64,000 bases of DNA from Octopus sinensis (GCF_006345805.1 NC_043005.1:2418001-2482000), one strand, 5' to 3'; positions 51,052 through 64,000 are shown, counted from the first letter of the stretch. The notes: a model not told the origin generated them from the sequence alone. Translations and numbers: made by a program.

Positions 51052-53863
51052 TATACTTGATATTGATGCCACCATAGAAACCATCAAGCAAAAAGTATCT
51101 GCTAAAACTGCCCGCATAGCGAGGTATGAAAAGCGTGTTAGATTCTTCAAGGACAACAACATGTTCAAAAATAACCCAAAAAATTTTCACCGGAAGATAG
51201 GAAAAACACCAGATACTGTAAAGTCTGTACCATCAAAAGAAGAAGTGCAGGGATTTTGGAATAAAATTTGGGCAGAAGACAAAACACACAACGAAAAGGT
51301 CCCCTGGATTGATAGAATATCTACAGAACTGGACTCCTTAGAAGAGCAAAAGTGGGAGAGTATCAAGGAAGAAGATGTATGATCTGTTCTCAGGAGGTCA
51401 AGCAAATGGAAGTCTTCAGGAAAGGATAAAATCCCGAACTTCTGCTTGAATGCCTTTCCAGAGAGCCATGAACTGCTAACAGAACTTTACAATGATGTTT
51501 TGCAACACCCTAGTAGGATGTCTCCTTAGCTAGTTAATGGGTTGACATTCCTGCTTCCAAAAAGTGAAGAAACAAATGAACCAAAAAACTATAGACCCAT
51601 AACTTGCTTAACAACTATGTATAAAACGCTAACATCTGTCCTGACGGAATATACCTATAGTTTTTTGACAGACAGCAGCTTATTCCCTAATGAACAGAAA
51701 GAATGTAAACGTGGATCCTACGGTTGTAAAGATCAACTACTCATCAATAAGATGATCTTAGAAGATTGTCACAAACGACACAAAAACTTATCAATAGCCT
51801 GGATCGACTATAAAAAGGCTTTTGATAGCCTACCACATAGCTGGATTAAGAAATGTCTGGAAATGTACAAAATAGCACCTACTCTGCGAAACTTTTTGTC
51901 TGTAAGTATGAGATCATGGAGAACCACACTAACTTTGAACAGTGACAATGAATCTCTAAATGCTGGTGATGTAAAGATTTCATGTGGCATTTTCCAGGGT
52001 GACACACTGTCACCACTCCTCTTTTGTTTAGCCTTAATACCTCTCTCAAAACTGCTCAATGACGCGCAGTACGGGTATAAAATGTTTGATAAAAATATAA
52101 ATCATCTCATTTACATGGATGAGTTAAAGTTCTTTGCAAAAAATGACCAACAACTCAAGGGCTTACTAGTGATTGTTAAACAATTCAGTGATGACATCAG
52201 AACGCAATTTGGCCTCGATAAATGTGCAAAAGCTACCTTTATCAAAGGAAAAATGACAGAAACATCTAACGTTAACCTTGACCAGCAGAATGTCATAAAA
52301 GAATTAGACCCAGCAGAGAACTACAAGTACCTAGGGGTAATTGAAGGGGACGGAATAAGGCATTCAGTAATGAAGGAAAGGATCAGGAGAGAATGTTATC
52401 GCAGAGTAAGAGCAATACTCAAGACAGAGTTGAATGCGAGAAACAGGATCGAAGCGATCAATGCATTAGCCATACCAGTCGTGACTTACAGTTTCAATAT
52501 CGTTAACTGGTCAATTATTGAAATATGTAATCTTGACAGAAAAGTACGAAAACTGTTGACAATGCATAGAATGCACCACCCTAAGGCAGATACAGAACGA
52601 CTTTATCTGCCAAGAAAAGAGGGAGGCTGTGGACTTTTACAACTGGCAATAACAATGAAGATTGCTACAATTGGCCTAAACACCTACCTGAAAAACTCTG
52701 GGGACTGGATTTTAAAACTTGTCTCAAAACATGAAAACAAGAAAGCGTCATACTCAGTAACAAAACAGGCAAAGGAATGTCTAAGTGAATTCCGAATACA
52801 ACAAATTTCGGAATTAGAGATAGACATACAAGAAACAAGGACAGAAAAAGCTAAGCACATGAAAACCCGTGCTAAAACTGCGGCCTTAGATATTCTGAAT
52901 GATAAATGGCAAGAAAAACCTCTCTATGGCAAATACCCAAAGAGAGCGAATTATACAGATGTTGACAAAGCCCTGACCCATCAATGGCTAATGGCTCCTG
53001 ACTTAAAATCTGAAACAGAGGGGTTTATCATAGCAGCTCAAGATCAATGCCTACCAACAAGAAACTACCAGGCCAACATATTAAAGAACGGCAGTAGCCC
53101 AACATGTCGTGTATGTCAGCAACAAAATGAAACCATTGATCATGTTGTCTCCAAGTGCAGCCTTCTAGCGCCTTCAGAGTATCTCAACAGGCATGATAGA
53201 GCTGCACAATATATTCACTGGGTAATCTGCAAAAGCCTGGATTTGGCCCATGATAAAAACTGGTGGGAACACAAACCACCCCAGTGCTTGAACATGACCA
53301 CATCTCACTACAATGGAACTTCCCCATTCAAACTGACAGAAAGGTAGATGCAAATAGGCCAGACATCATATTGAAAGACTTCAAACAAAGAACATGCCTC
53401 CTCATTGATATGACTGTCCCAATCGATACAAACGTATCTGTCAAGACCTACCAGAAACTGAGCAAATATAAAGATCTTGAAATAGAAATCAGCAAAATGT
53501 GGAAGCTGAAGACTAAAACAATACCTGTTGTCATAGGTACCCTGGGAATGATAGCAAAAGGGGCTGATTGCTACCTAACTCAGATACCAGGAAACCCCAA
53601 AATGGCAGAAATTCAAAAGATAGTGTTCATGGGAACTGCTCATATCCTACGCAAAATACTTTCTATGTAATCTCAAGGTTTAAAACAAACATAACTTTCG
53701 TATGGTTTCTTAAACATTCACCAGTACAACACTAAGTACAAAACCAAATATATGGCATCCTAGGCATAACACCAACACGAACTTCCAACTTGTTGTCTCT
53801 TGAGGTCTCTGGGTGAGACTTGGAGCCTGCTTGTCCAAATGTAAAGCAAAAGTCAAACATAGA
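51052..53863 (+). mobile_element. 5'-truncated R4/Dong-like element (beta)
   Basis: 601-aa ORF 51542-53347 (RT with YMDE instead of YMDD, plus CCHC knuckle), RLE ORF 53263-53670 (RPDIIL..LLIDMTVP), 3' UTR, then (AAT)n. Confidence 0.93.
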
Positions 53864-53892
53864 ATAATAATAATAATAATAATAATAAATGA

Positions 53893-53983
53893 GGAGCGGC
53901 AGCCTTGACAGCGGCTGGACGTGTTCCTCGCTGCTCTGACAATTCAGTGGCCAAAAGCCATAGAAACACTAATATGACCCAGC
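53893..53983 (+). ncRNA. Degenerate HDV-like ribozyme at the 5' junction of an R4-like element
   Basis: P1 GGAGCGG/CTGCTCT (7 bp, G-U first pair), P2 GCTGG/CCAGC, L3-like TTCCTCG, P4 TGGC-caaaa-GCCA, J4/2-like CTAA. The 3' strand of P3 appears deleted. Confidence 0.45.
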
Positions 53984-54683
53984 GAGACAACGGGAAAAAA
54001 CTCTCAATGACTGGAATATCTACAATATCCTGTGAGTATTTAAAATTCACTTCAAAATAAGTTAAGAAATTTACAAATTTACATATCTACAGTTTTCAAA
54101 CACACAAACGATCAGCTTTAAAAGCTCTAAAATGCACAACTGCTGTGAATACTTATCCTTCCCTCTGTAAACATCCTTTTTTTCCCTAAAAACATTACAG
54201 TTTTCTTTTTGTGGACATACAAAATACCATCTTTGGTGAATCTTAAAACTTTCTGTGAAAATTTGATTCTTCTTGTATTTTCTTTCCTTCCTCCCTGAGT
54301 ATTCAAAAATGTAAGCATCCTTTTTATTGCAAAAACACAACTGTTTTCTCTAACTGGACATACAAACGAACATCTCTAGAAAAGTCAACTTCAATCCCTA
54401 CAATATTACCTTTATTTTCTCCCTGACTACCCGAAATATGCAAACATACCTTTTATTGCAATAACAGAAATGCACGTTGAAAAAAAATAATGATAATAAT
54501 AATAGATTCTCTCTGGTCGAACACAACTTCTCGATACATAAATAGTAGAGAAGAGAGTAAGTCGGTCCTTCCTTAATTTTTCTTAAGGCCAGGGTCACTG
54601 TTCGCTGCTAGTAGTAGACATTTGAACTCTTTTTGACCGATCGGACTCCATCCCACTTAAAAAAACATTACATGAGCCGCACT

Positions 54684-54892
54684 TACTACTACTACTACTA
54701 TTACTACTACTACTACTATTACTACTACTACTACTACTACTACTACTACAACTGCTACTACCACTACTACTACTACTGCTACTGCCACTGCTGCTGTTGC
54801 TGTTACTGCTACTACTGCTGCTGCTACCACCGCTGCTGCTGCCACCACTACTACTACTACTACTGGTGATGATGATGAGGATGCTACTACTT

Positions 54893-54972
<80 letters not shown>

Positions 54973-55130
54973 ACTACAACTACTACTATTACTGCTACTA
55001 CTGGTACTGCTGTTGTTGCTGCTGCCGTTACTACTGCTACTACCACTGCCGCTGCTGCTGCTGATAGTGATATTGCTGCTGCTACTACAACTACTGATGC
55101 TGCTGCTGCTGCTGCTGCTAATGATGATAA
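54684..55130. repeat. Compound (CTA)n/(CTG)n microsatellite
   Basis: Interleaved trinucleotide blocks. Confidence 0.95.
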
Positions 55131-55144
55131 ATGCGGCCCCTGTA

Positions 55145-57974
55145 TGAAGATTAGTGGTTAAAAATAAAGAAATTAAAAAAATATTTTTAAAAAATGAAAA
55201 TTAAATCATTTAACTTTATTAAAAAAGAAAAGAAAATCTCAAACAGTCCACCGAATCGCTTGTCCAATGGTTGTACAGGAAGCGCGCCTGTCAAGAGGCT
55301 GTCAGCCTGATGGCGAAAAATTTTCAAATGACAGAATATCTTCCCCGAATATGAACCTGGAAGGTCACTTAAACGGGATTTGCCCCAAATGAAGCCCCCA
55401 AAGTTCACCTCCACAACGACCAGAAAATCAAAAATGTAGAAGAACTAAATGGAACCAGGAAGAATATAAAGAAGTAATATACGCTTATTACTTTGCATTA
55501 AGTAGGCCAACCCAATAGAAACACACCGCAAACTCCTACAGAATTTGGAGGAGCCAGAATCCAGCTAGCAGACCAAACCTAGATGAAAACAGATTAGCAA
55601 ATGTTAGAAGAGATATCTTCAAAAATACCAGACTCACAGATGCAGAATTAACCTCTATTAAAAAAGTGGTAGAGAATGACCTAAATGTAAGTCAGGAAAG
55701 AAATAACGAAGCTGAGGAGAAGAATATTGGGCCACAAGCATTGACTGAAAGGTGACCATCTGCCGAAACCACAGAAGAGCCCGAAGAAAAAGGAAAATAT
55801 AATGACCCTAAAAAAAACAGCCAGGAAATTGATGTCGAGACAGAATTTGAAGACCACATATTTGCTGAACAATACAGAAAATCTATCATTGAAATGAAGC
55901 AAGAAGTTCTGAATGAGCTTGAAGGTGTAGGCCATACAACTATGAATGATAGGGAACCACTCCATAAACTCTCAAATGCACACCAACATAAAACACAACT
56001 AAAAATTGGCAACTGCGTTACACAAGAAATCATACACCAACTAAAACCCGATCTTAATAAATTAAATGAAATTATTTGCTCCGTCGCTAAGGTAATGGAA
56101 AGACGCTGTTTAACATCCAAAAAGGCAGCAATACCAAATTCGAAAAGAAAATCAACCTGGAGGAGTAGAATTGAAACTGAAATTGAATCATTGCGAAGGG
56201 AGATATCAATATTAACTGAGCTAATCTCTGGAAATGATGTAAGATCAAGAAAAAGGCAGGAAGATTGTGAGAAAATATGGACACTCAACAAGAGAAGAAC
56301 TAATGTCAGCGAAAGAAACACTTAAACAAAAAGTTCAAGCAAAGGCTCAGATTTGAGAAAAGAATTAAATGCTATAAATAAAATAAGATGTTCAAATCCA
56401 ATGCCAAATCATTTTACAGGGAAATGGGGAAAGAAAAAATAACCATTGAAAATCTACCCCTAATGGAGGAAGTTGAAAACTTTTGGAAAGGGATCTGGAG
56501 TGATAAGAAACCATACAGTGAAAATGCAAACTGGATCGAATGCACCCAAGATGCCTACAAAAATCTACAAGAACAGGTATGGGAAGACATCTCAATCGCC
56601 GACCGAAGGAGAGCACTAACGAAGGCTCATAAATGGAAATCCCCTGTTATTGATAGAGTACCAAATTTCTGGCTCTCATCACTCTCGTCCGCACACAAAA
56701 TGTTAGTAATACTATTTAATAGTATTATGAAAGACCCGGAAAAAACTCCCCATTGGATGGCAAATGGTATTATTTACCTCCTCCGCAAAAATAAGAAAAC
56801 GAAAGACCCAAAAAACTACCGGCCTATAACATGTTTATCTACTACCTATAAGATTTTGACATCTATTCTAGTAGAGAAAACATATACGTTTATGGAAGAG
56901 AATAACCTCTTCTCCACTGAACAAAAAGGATGCAGACGAGGCTCATACGGATGCAAAGATCAGCTCCTAATTAATTGCATGATCCTTGAGAACTGCCATA
57001 ACAAGCGCAGAAAGCTCAGCTCTTCATGGATTGATTATAAAAAAGCCTTTGACAGCATACCGCATTCGTGGATTCTGAAATGGCTGGACATTTTCAAAAT
57101 TTCTCCTGTGATTTCAGATTTTTTAAGGTATAATATGTCACAATGGAACACGAAGCTCCAATTATATCATTCTAATGGAGTATTGCGCTCAAACAACATT
57201 AGCATAAACTGTGGAATTTTCCAAGGTGACTCACTTTCACCACTAATTTTCTGCATAGCACTAATACCACTCTCAAGTGAACTGAATAGAACAGGATATG
57301 GCTACAAAATTGACAACAGGAAAATAAGCCATCTATTTTATATGGATGACTTAAAGCTATATGGCAAAGATGATGAGCTTGAAGGATTATTACATACTGT
57401 GAAATGATTCAGTGATGATATCGGGATGGAGTTTGGCTTTGAAAAGTGTGCCAAAGCTACTTTTAAGAAAGGGAAATTGGTAAAGTCAAGTTCAGTCGAA
57501 TTATACGTTGAAATAGTAATAAAGGAACTTGAGCAGGAACAAACCTATAAATACCTAGGAATAAATGAAGGCTCTGGTATCCAGCATGCAAGCATGAAAG
57601 AGAAGGTTAGAAAGGAATGTTATAGAAGAGTTCGAGCAGTCCTGAAGTCTGAGCTGAATGCATATAATAAGGTGTTAGCCATAAATTCCTTAGCAGTACC
57701 AGTTGTTCTTTATAGCTTCAATGTGCTTAACTGGAATACCAGTGAAAAGACCGAAAAAACATCACTTTATTCTGAAATAGATCAAAAAATTCGCTGATCT
57801 CTTAGATACCCACCAGATTGATCAGGTTGAAGGAAATGCGCCAACTGTAGCTGCAAAGAAAATAAAATTGATTTCAAAGACAAAAGCGCATGAAAAATTA
57901 GCTAGCAGATGGGAACAGAAACCTCTGCACGGCAAGTATGTGGCACGTAGCAAACAAGCTGATGTCGACCAGAA
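55145..57974 (+). mobile_element. 5' and RT portion of an R4/Dong-like element (alpha-related), 3'-truncated; 53890-54690 may be its 5' UTR
   Basis: RRTKWNQEEYKEVIYAYYFAL N-terminal motif, ORF 56388-57407 ([29 protein letters not shown]), an internal deletion near 57740-57790, and an end after WEQKPLHGKY. Confidence 0.9.
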
Positions 57975-58735
57975 AGTCTTTCAATATTACATATGGCCTA
58001 TTTGCATCTATTTGTCTGTCAGTTTGAAAGGTGAAGTTCCAGAGGAGTGAGATGTGGTCATTTTAAAGCACTGGTGGTGGTTTGTATTCCCACCAGTTTT
58101 TATCATAGGACAGGTCCAAGGTTTTGCAAATTACCCAGAGAATATATTGTGCTGCTCTATCACGGATTGTTGAGATACTCTGTAGGCGCAAGATGACTGC
58201 ACTTAGAGGCAACATGATCAATGGATTTATTTTGTTGTTTATATACACATGCTGGGCTACTGCCGTTCTTTAATATGTTGGCCTGGTAGTTCCTTGTATA
58301 GAGGTATTGATCTTGGGCTGCTATGATAAACCCTTCTGTTTCAGATTTTAAGCTAGAAGCCATTAGTCATTGATGGGTAAGGGCTTTGTCATTATCGTAA
58401 ATAATTAGCTCTCTTTGGGTATTTGCCATTGGTGAGGTTTTTCTTGCCTTTTATCAGCAACAGTATCTGAGGCAGCAGTTTTAGTACGGGTTTTCATACG
58501 TTCAGCTTTTTCTGTGCTTGTTTCCAGTTCGTCTAATTCTGGGATTTGTTTTATTTGGAATTCACTTAGATACGTTTTCGCCTGTTTTCTTACTGAGTAT
58601 GATGCTTTAACATCCAGTCATCAGAGATTTTCAGGCTGGTATTTAGGCCAATTGTGGCAATCTTCAATGTTAATTCCAGTTGTAAAAGTCCACGGCCACC
58701 CTCTTTTCTTGGCAGGTAAAATCGTTCTTCAGGTT
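57975..58735 (-). mobile_element. Inverted, degraded R4-like fragment (beta), fused tail-to-tail with the previous copy
   Basis: Minus strand: RFYLPRKEGGRGLLQL, LKSETEGFIIAAQDQYLYTRNYQANILKNG, WWEYKPPPVL. Confidence 0.88.
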
Positions 58736-58951
58736 GAGTAGCCCATCTCGCTCTAAAGGTCCCAAGATAAGGTTTTTTTAAAGGATGATGAGCAAAATAG
58801 GCGGAGTGACTGCGTGGTAAGAAGTTGGCTTCGCAACCACATTGTTGCAGGTTCAGTCCCTCTGCGAGGCATCTTGGGCAAGTATCTTCTACTATAGCCG
58901 ACCAAAGCCTCATGAGTAGATTTGGTAGACGGAAGCTGAAAGACGCCCGTC

Positions 58952-58989
<38 letters not shown>

Positions 58990-59435
58990 ATAAAATGAGA
59001 CAACAAAGCCAAGGCTTTTATAAAGCGGGAACTAGTCTTACAGCTGTTTTTGAGATATTAGGAATATCCCTTCATCAGAGACGATATAAGATGTTTAAAT
59101 AGAGGGAAATATTAGAGTTCAATATGAGGAGTTATTTTGGAAAAGGAAGGAAATAAGGAGTATACAGGGAAATAGGAGAATGACTGCAGAAATAAAAGTA
59201 AAAATACAAAAATATATATAGGATGTTATAGATGCAGTTCCATTATCCAAGGAAAGTGGTGTGTGGGAGGGGTAGAAATGCTTCTTGTCTGTGGTATATA
59301 AATTCCAATAGGTGTTCATATTTTGTCATCACAAATGGAAAGTGTGGAGACGTAGATTCCATTCAAAAGGGTCTCGTAGTGTGAAAGAAATTTTGAGAAT
59401 GTAGTGGTAGTATTAAGTGGATAGAAGGGGGAATA
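58990..59435 (-). mobile_element. PLE 3' end/pLTR-like fragment with a degenerate hammerhead (59035-59082)
   Basis: gtct CTGATGA agggatatt cct aatatctca AAAAC AGCT GTA agac (GAAA changed to AAAA). Homologous to the motif at 19711-19758. Confidence 0.55.
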
Positions 59436-59529
59436 TGTGTATGTATTTGGCTGTCTGTGTTTGTCCCTCCACCATCGGTTTATGGTGTGTTTACATCCCC
59501 GTAACTTAGTGGTTCGGCAGAAGAGGCCT

Positions 59530-61828
59530 ATAGAATAAGTACTAGACTTACAAAGAATAAGTTGTGGGATCGATTTATAGAATTAGTACTAGACTTACAA
59601 AGAATAAGTTGTGGGATCGATTTATAGAATTAGTACTAGACTTACAAAGAATAAGTTGTGGGATCGATTTATAGAATTAGTACTAGACTTACAAAGAATA
59701 AGTTGTGGGATCGATTTATAGAATTAGTACTAGACTTACAAAGAATAAGTTGTGGGACCGATTTATAGAATTAGTACTAGACTTACAAAGAATAAGTTGT
59801 GGGACCGATTTATAGAATTAGTACTAGACTTACAAAGATAAGTTGTGGGATCGATTTATAGAATTAGTACTAGACTTACAAAGAATAAGTTGTGGGATCG
59901 ATTATAGAATAAGTACTAGACTTACAAAGAATAAGTTGTGGGACCGATTTATAGAATTAGTACTAGACTTACAAAGAATAAGTTGTGGGATCGATTTATA
60001 GAATTAGTACTAGACTTACAAAGAATAAGTTGTGGGATCGATTTATAGAATTAGTACTAGACTTACAAAGAATAAGTGTGGGATCGATTTATAGAATTAG
60101 TACTAGACTTACAAAGAATAAGTTGTGGGATCCGATTTATAGAATTAGTACTAGACTTACAAAGAATAAGTTGTGGGACCGATTTATAGAATTAGTACTA
60201 GACTTACAAAGAATAAGTTGTGGGACCGATTTATAGAATTAGTACTAGACTTACAAAGAATAAGTTGTGGGACCGATTTATAGAATTAGTACTAGACTTA
60301 CAAAGAATAAGTTGTGGGATCGATTTATAGAATTAGTACTAGACTTACAAAGAATAAGTTGTGGGACCGATTTATAGAATTAGTACTAGACTTACAAAGA
60401 ATAAGTTGTGGGACCGATTTATAGAATTAGTACTAGACTTACAAAGAATAAGTTGTGGGACCGATTTATAGAATTAGTACTAGACTTACAAAGAATAAGT
60501 TGTGGGATCGATTTATAGAATTAGTACTAGACTTACAAAGAATAAGTTGTGGGATCGATTTATAGAATTAGTACTAGACTTACAAAGAATAAGTTGTGGG
60601 ATCGATTTATAGAATAAGTACTAGACTTACAAAGAATAAGTTGTGGGACCGATTTATAGAATAAGTACTAGGCTTACAAAGAATTAGTTGTGGGACCGAT
60701 TTATAGAATAAGTACTAGGCTTACAAAGAATTAGTTGTGGGACCGATTTATAGAATAAGTACTAGGCTTACAAAGAATTAGTTGTGGGACCGATTTATAG
60801 AATAAGTACTAGGCTTACAAAGAATTAGTTGTGGGACCGATTTATAGAATAAGTACTAGGCTTACAAAGAATAAGTTGTGGGACCGATTTATAGAATAAG
60901 TACTAGGCTTACAAAGAATTAGTTGTGGGACTGATTTATAGAATAAGTACTAGGCTTACAAAGAATTAGTTGTGGGACCGATTTATAGAATAAGTACTAG
61001 GCTTACAAAGAATTAGTTGTGGGACCGATTTATAGAATAAGTACTAGGCTTACAAAGAATTAGTTGTGGGACCGATTTATAGAATAAGTACTAGGCTTAC
61101 AAAGAATAAGTTGTGGGATCGATTTATAGAATAAGTACTAGGCTTACAAAGAATAAGTTGTGGGATCGATTTATAGAATAAGTACTAGGCTTACAAAGAA
61201 TAAGTTGTGGGACTGATTTATAGAATAAGTACTAGGCTTACAAAGAATTAGTTGTGGGACCGATTTATAGAATAAGTACTAGGCTTACAAAGAATTAGTT
61301 GTGGGACCGATTTATAGAATAAGTACTAGGCTTACAAAGAATTAGTTGTGGGACCGATTTATAGAATAAGTACTAGGCTTACAAAGAATAAGTTGTGGGA
61401 TCGATTTATAGAATAAGTACTAGGCTTACAAAGAATAAGTTGTGGGATCGATTTATAGAATAAGTACTAGGCTTACAAAGAATTAGTTGTGGGACGATTT
61501 ATAGAATAAGTACTAGGCTTACAAGAATAAGTTGTGGATCGATTTATAGAATAAGTACTAGGCTTACAAGAATAAGTTGTGGGATCGATTTATAGAATAA
61601 GTACTAGGCTTACAAAGAATAAGTTGTGGGATCGATTTATAGAATAAGTACTAGGCTTACAAAGAATAAGTTGTGGGATCGATTTATAGAATAAGTACTA
61701 GGCTTACAAAGAATAAGTTGTGGGATCGATTTATAGAATAAGTACTAGGCTTACAAAGAATAAGTTGTGGGATCGATTTATAGAATAAGTACTAGGCTTA
61801 CAAAGAATAAGTTGTGGGATCGATTTAT
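59530..61828 (+). repeat. 47-bp tandem array (~49 copies) derived from the SINE-A tail
   Basis: Unit gatttatagaat(a/t)agtactag(a/g)cttacaaagaat(a/t)agttgtggga(t/c)c. Period 47 checked from gatcga at 59568 and 59615. Confidence 0.95.
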
Positions 61829-61869
61829 TCGACTAAAGGTGGTGCTCCAGAATGTCCGTAGTCAAATCA

Positions 61870-62155
61870 CAAAACACCCATGTTTCCAAGGGGAAATTAT
61901 CCAAACCCCAAAGAATCCCTCTCAACACATGGCTATGATACTCCCCAACTACTTCTGCTCGTGATCAGAGATGCACATATCGTCAGCCACTAAGGGACAT
62001 GCTCAACTGGTTAAGGTCAAACAACTGACAAGCAAATCTGTGGTATTGAGCAGAATATTTGCTGTAGGCCATCTTTTATACCAAGACAAAACAATGTACA
62101 TGATAACACTTCCAATCAGTTAAGATCAGAAGCCATGAGAACCACTGCCTGGTAT
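61870..62155 (+). repeat. Interspersed repeat fragment of uncertain class, ending in (ATT)n
   Basis: Recalled as an abundant octopus repeat (ctgctcgtgatcagagatgcacatatcgtcagccactaagggacatgc); class not determined. Confidence 0.35.
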
Positions 62156-62209
62156 TGTATTATGGTTATTTATTATTATTATATTATTATTATTATTATT
62201 ATTATTATA

Positions 62210-62240
<31 letters not shown>

Positions 62241-63063
62241 TACTATTACTATTATTATTATTATCATTATTATTGTTGTTGTTGTTATTATTATTATTAT
62301 GTGTTGTTACATTTTGAAGGTGATGTCTTTCTACCACTACAATGTGATAATATGACTAATCTCTCTCACTAGCACCACTACCAACAACAACAACGCCACC
62401 CCAACCGCCACCGCCACCACTAGCATCGCTACCACTACCATTTCCTTTACCAGCACCATCATCACTACAGAACCCCACTCAGGAACCTCAGCTCCTTTCC
62501 ATCCACAACCAACCAGTCATGGCACACTGCTACAAGGCAATACACACCACAATCCCTACATCCCCCCTTTCCCCACCGCCACCATCACCACACCCCTCTG
62601 TAATCACAGAGGAAGACGACTTCCATAGTCGACCATTAGTACACATACCAATAGAGACCAGGAGTCGCAAGATCGATACCAGAAGAGGCGTTACAATAAA
62701 ACATCAACAGTCCAACAAAATATCGGAAATGCTGACAAGGACACGCCTTGAGTGTGTGGCTGGGAGTGGAGTGAGGCCAGAGCGAGGGATGCCCGTGTCT
62801 ATGCATACCTGTGTGTATATGGATGCATGTGTGTGTATAAGGATGTAGAATTTATGTGCGTATGTAAGAATGTGTGCACCTGTAGGCATTATATAGGTCT
62901 GTGTGTACGCAAGTATAGCGTTGCCGATGTTTTATTTACATGGATGCATGTCTTCATAGGTTTATGTAAATACTTTTCTTCCTGTTCATGTATCTATATA
63001 TATTTGTCTCGTATGAATGCATGCACATGTATATATATCTATATTTATATCTATATCTATATC

Positions 63064-63144
<81 letters not shown>

Positions 63145-63189
63145 ATATATATACATATGTATGTATATATATACATATGTATGTATATA

Positions 63190-63220
<31 letters not shown>

Positions 63221-63739
63221 GTGTGTGTGTGTGTGTTGAATGTGACTTGATGAAAGCACAGATGTGTGTGTTTGTCTGTGTGTGTGCTTTCATCATGTCA
63301 CATAAAGTATTGACTATGAAATTATTCTTCCTACGTGAAGGGCACGTATGTATATATGTCAGAATGTTTGTGTAGGGGATCAGTACATTTGCCAGTGTAA
63401 AACGCAGAAATCGCCGAGTCTCGGGGACGAATCTTATTATGTCTGTCTACGCATCGCAGTTTATGTATTCACTCATATGCTTCTTCGTGTATCGCTATAT
63501 ATACATGCTAACACACACATTCACACACACACACATGCGCACACACACACACACACACACACCACACACACACACTCACTCACTCACTCACTCACACACA
63601 TATATGTCAATGCACATGCGTATGTGCGCGCAAGGTCTCTGGCATACACGTTTATATATGTATATACAAATATGTGTATGTGTTTGTGTATGATCATGTA
63701 TGTATATTCTTGTATATGCAAATATGTGTATATATATAT

Positions 63740-64000
63740 AGTAGTAATGTGGTAAGTAGCTTACTTACACATCACATGGTTCTGGGTTCAGTCCCAGTGT
63801 ATGGCACCGTAGGCAAGTGTATTCTAATATAGCTTCGGGCCGACCAAAGTCTTGTGAGCGGATTTTGTAGACAGAAACTGAAAGAAGCCCGACCTATATG
63901 TGTGTGTGTGTGTTTGTGTGTCTGTGTGTGTCCCTCCGCCAACAGATGTTGGTGTGTTTATGCCCCTGTAACTTAGTGGTTCGGCGAACAGGTCGATAGA
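63740..64000 (+). mobile_element. SINE family A (runs off the window end)
   Basis: gtggtaagtagc...GGTTCAGTCCC...gaaagaagccc-(TG)n-...gtaacttagtggttcggc. Confidence 0.85.

Larger units (their letters stand above)
58800..61870 (+). mobile_element. SINE family A copy expanded to ~3 kb by a nested PLE fragment and a tandem amplification of its tail
   Basis: Head 58800-58952, (TA)n, insert 58990-59435, tail from ~59440, the array, then the normal tail resumes (tcgactaaaggtggtgctccag) at ~61829. Confidence 0.85.

Noticed and set aside
49141-53670. 572-aa and 601-aa ORFs as active retrotransposon genes
   Set aside because: Both are fragments of interrupted elements. The beta copy has YMDE at the RT catalytic motif. 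The gamma copy has upstream frameshifts and RLD instead of RPD.
59530-61828. CRISPR-like appearance of the regular 47-bp array
   Set aside because: Units are contiguous with no unique spacers, the context is eukaryotic, there are no cas genes, and the unit is a piece of the SINE tail.

Overview
AT-rich, microsatellite-dense animal genomic DNA. The tRNA-derived SINE families and repeat landscape look like Octopus or another coleoid cephalopod (inference from recognition, no search run). It is largely intronic or intergenic. The only host coding feature I can support is one signal-peptide exon on the minus strand (3020-3112). Most of the rest is retroelement-derived: (i) a ~21-kb pile-up (37.5-58.7 kb) of about ten R4/Dong-clade RLE non-LTR retrotransposon pieces from several subfamilies, separated by (TAA)n, one starting with an HDV-like ribozyme remnant; (ii) further R4-like, HERO-like, RTE-like and CR1-like fragments; (iii) a 5'-truncated Penelope-like element (RT + GIY-YIG, Hydra-clade-type Cys motifs) in (TA)n; (iv) four tRNA-derived SINE families; (v) a 47-bp x ~49 tandem array grown out of a SINE tail. 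The most interesting signal, read by eye, is a set of small non-coding elements with PLE-type tandem-plus-inverted architecture inserted in TA/CA microsatellites. They carry about nine type-I hammerhead ribozyme motifs from several unrelated sequence families, or in one case a tRNA-like Pol III cassette. Boundaries are approximate (tens of bp) unless exact motifs are quoted. Subfamily and SINE letters are my own labels.
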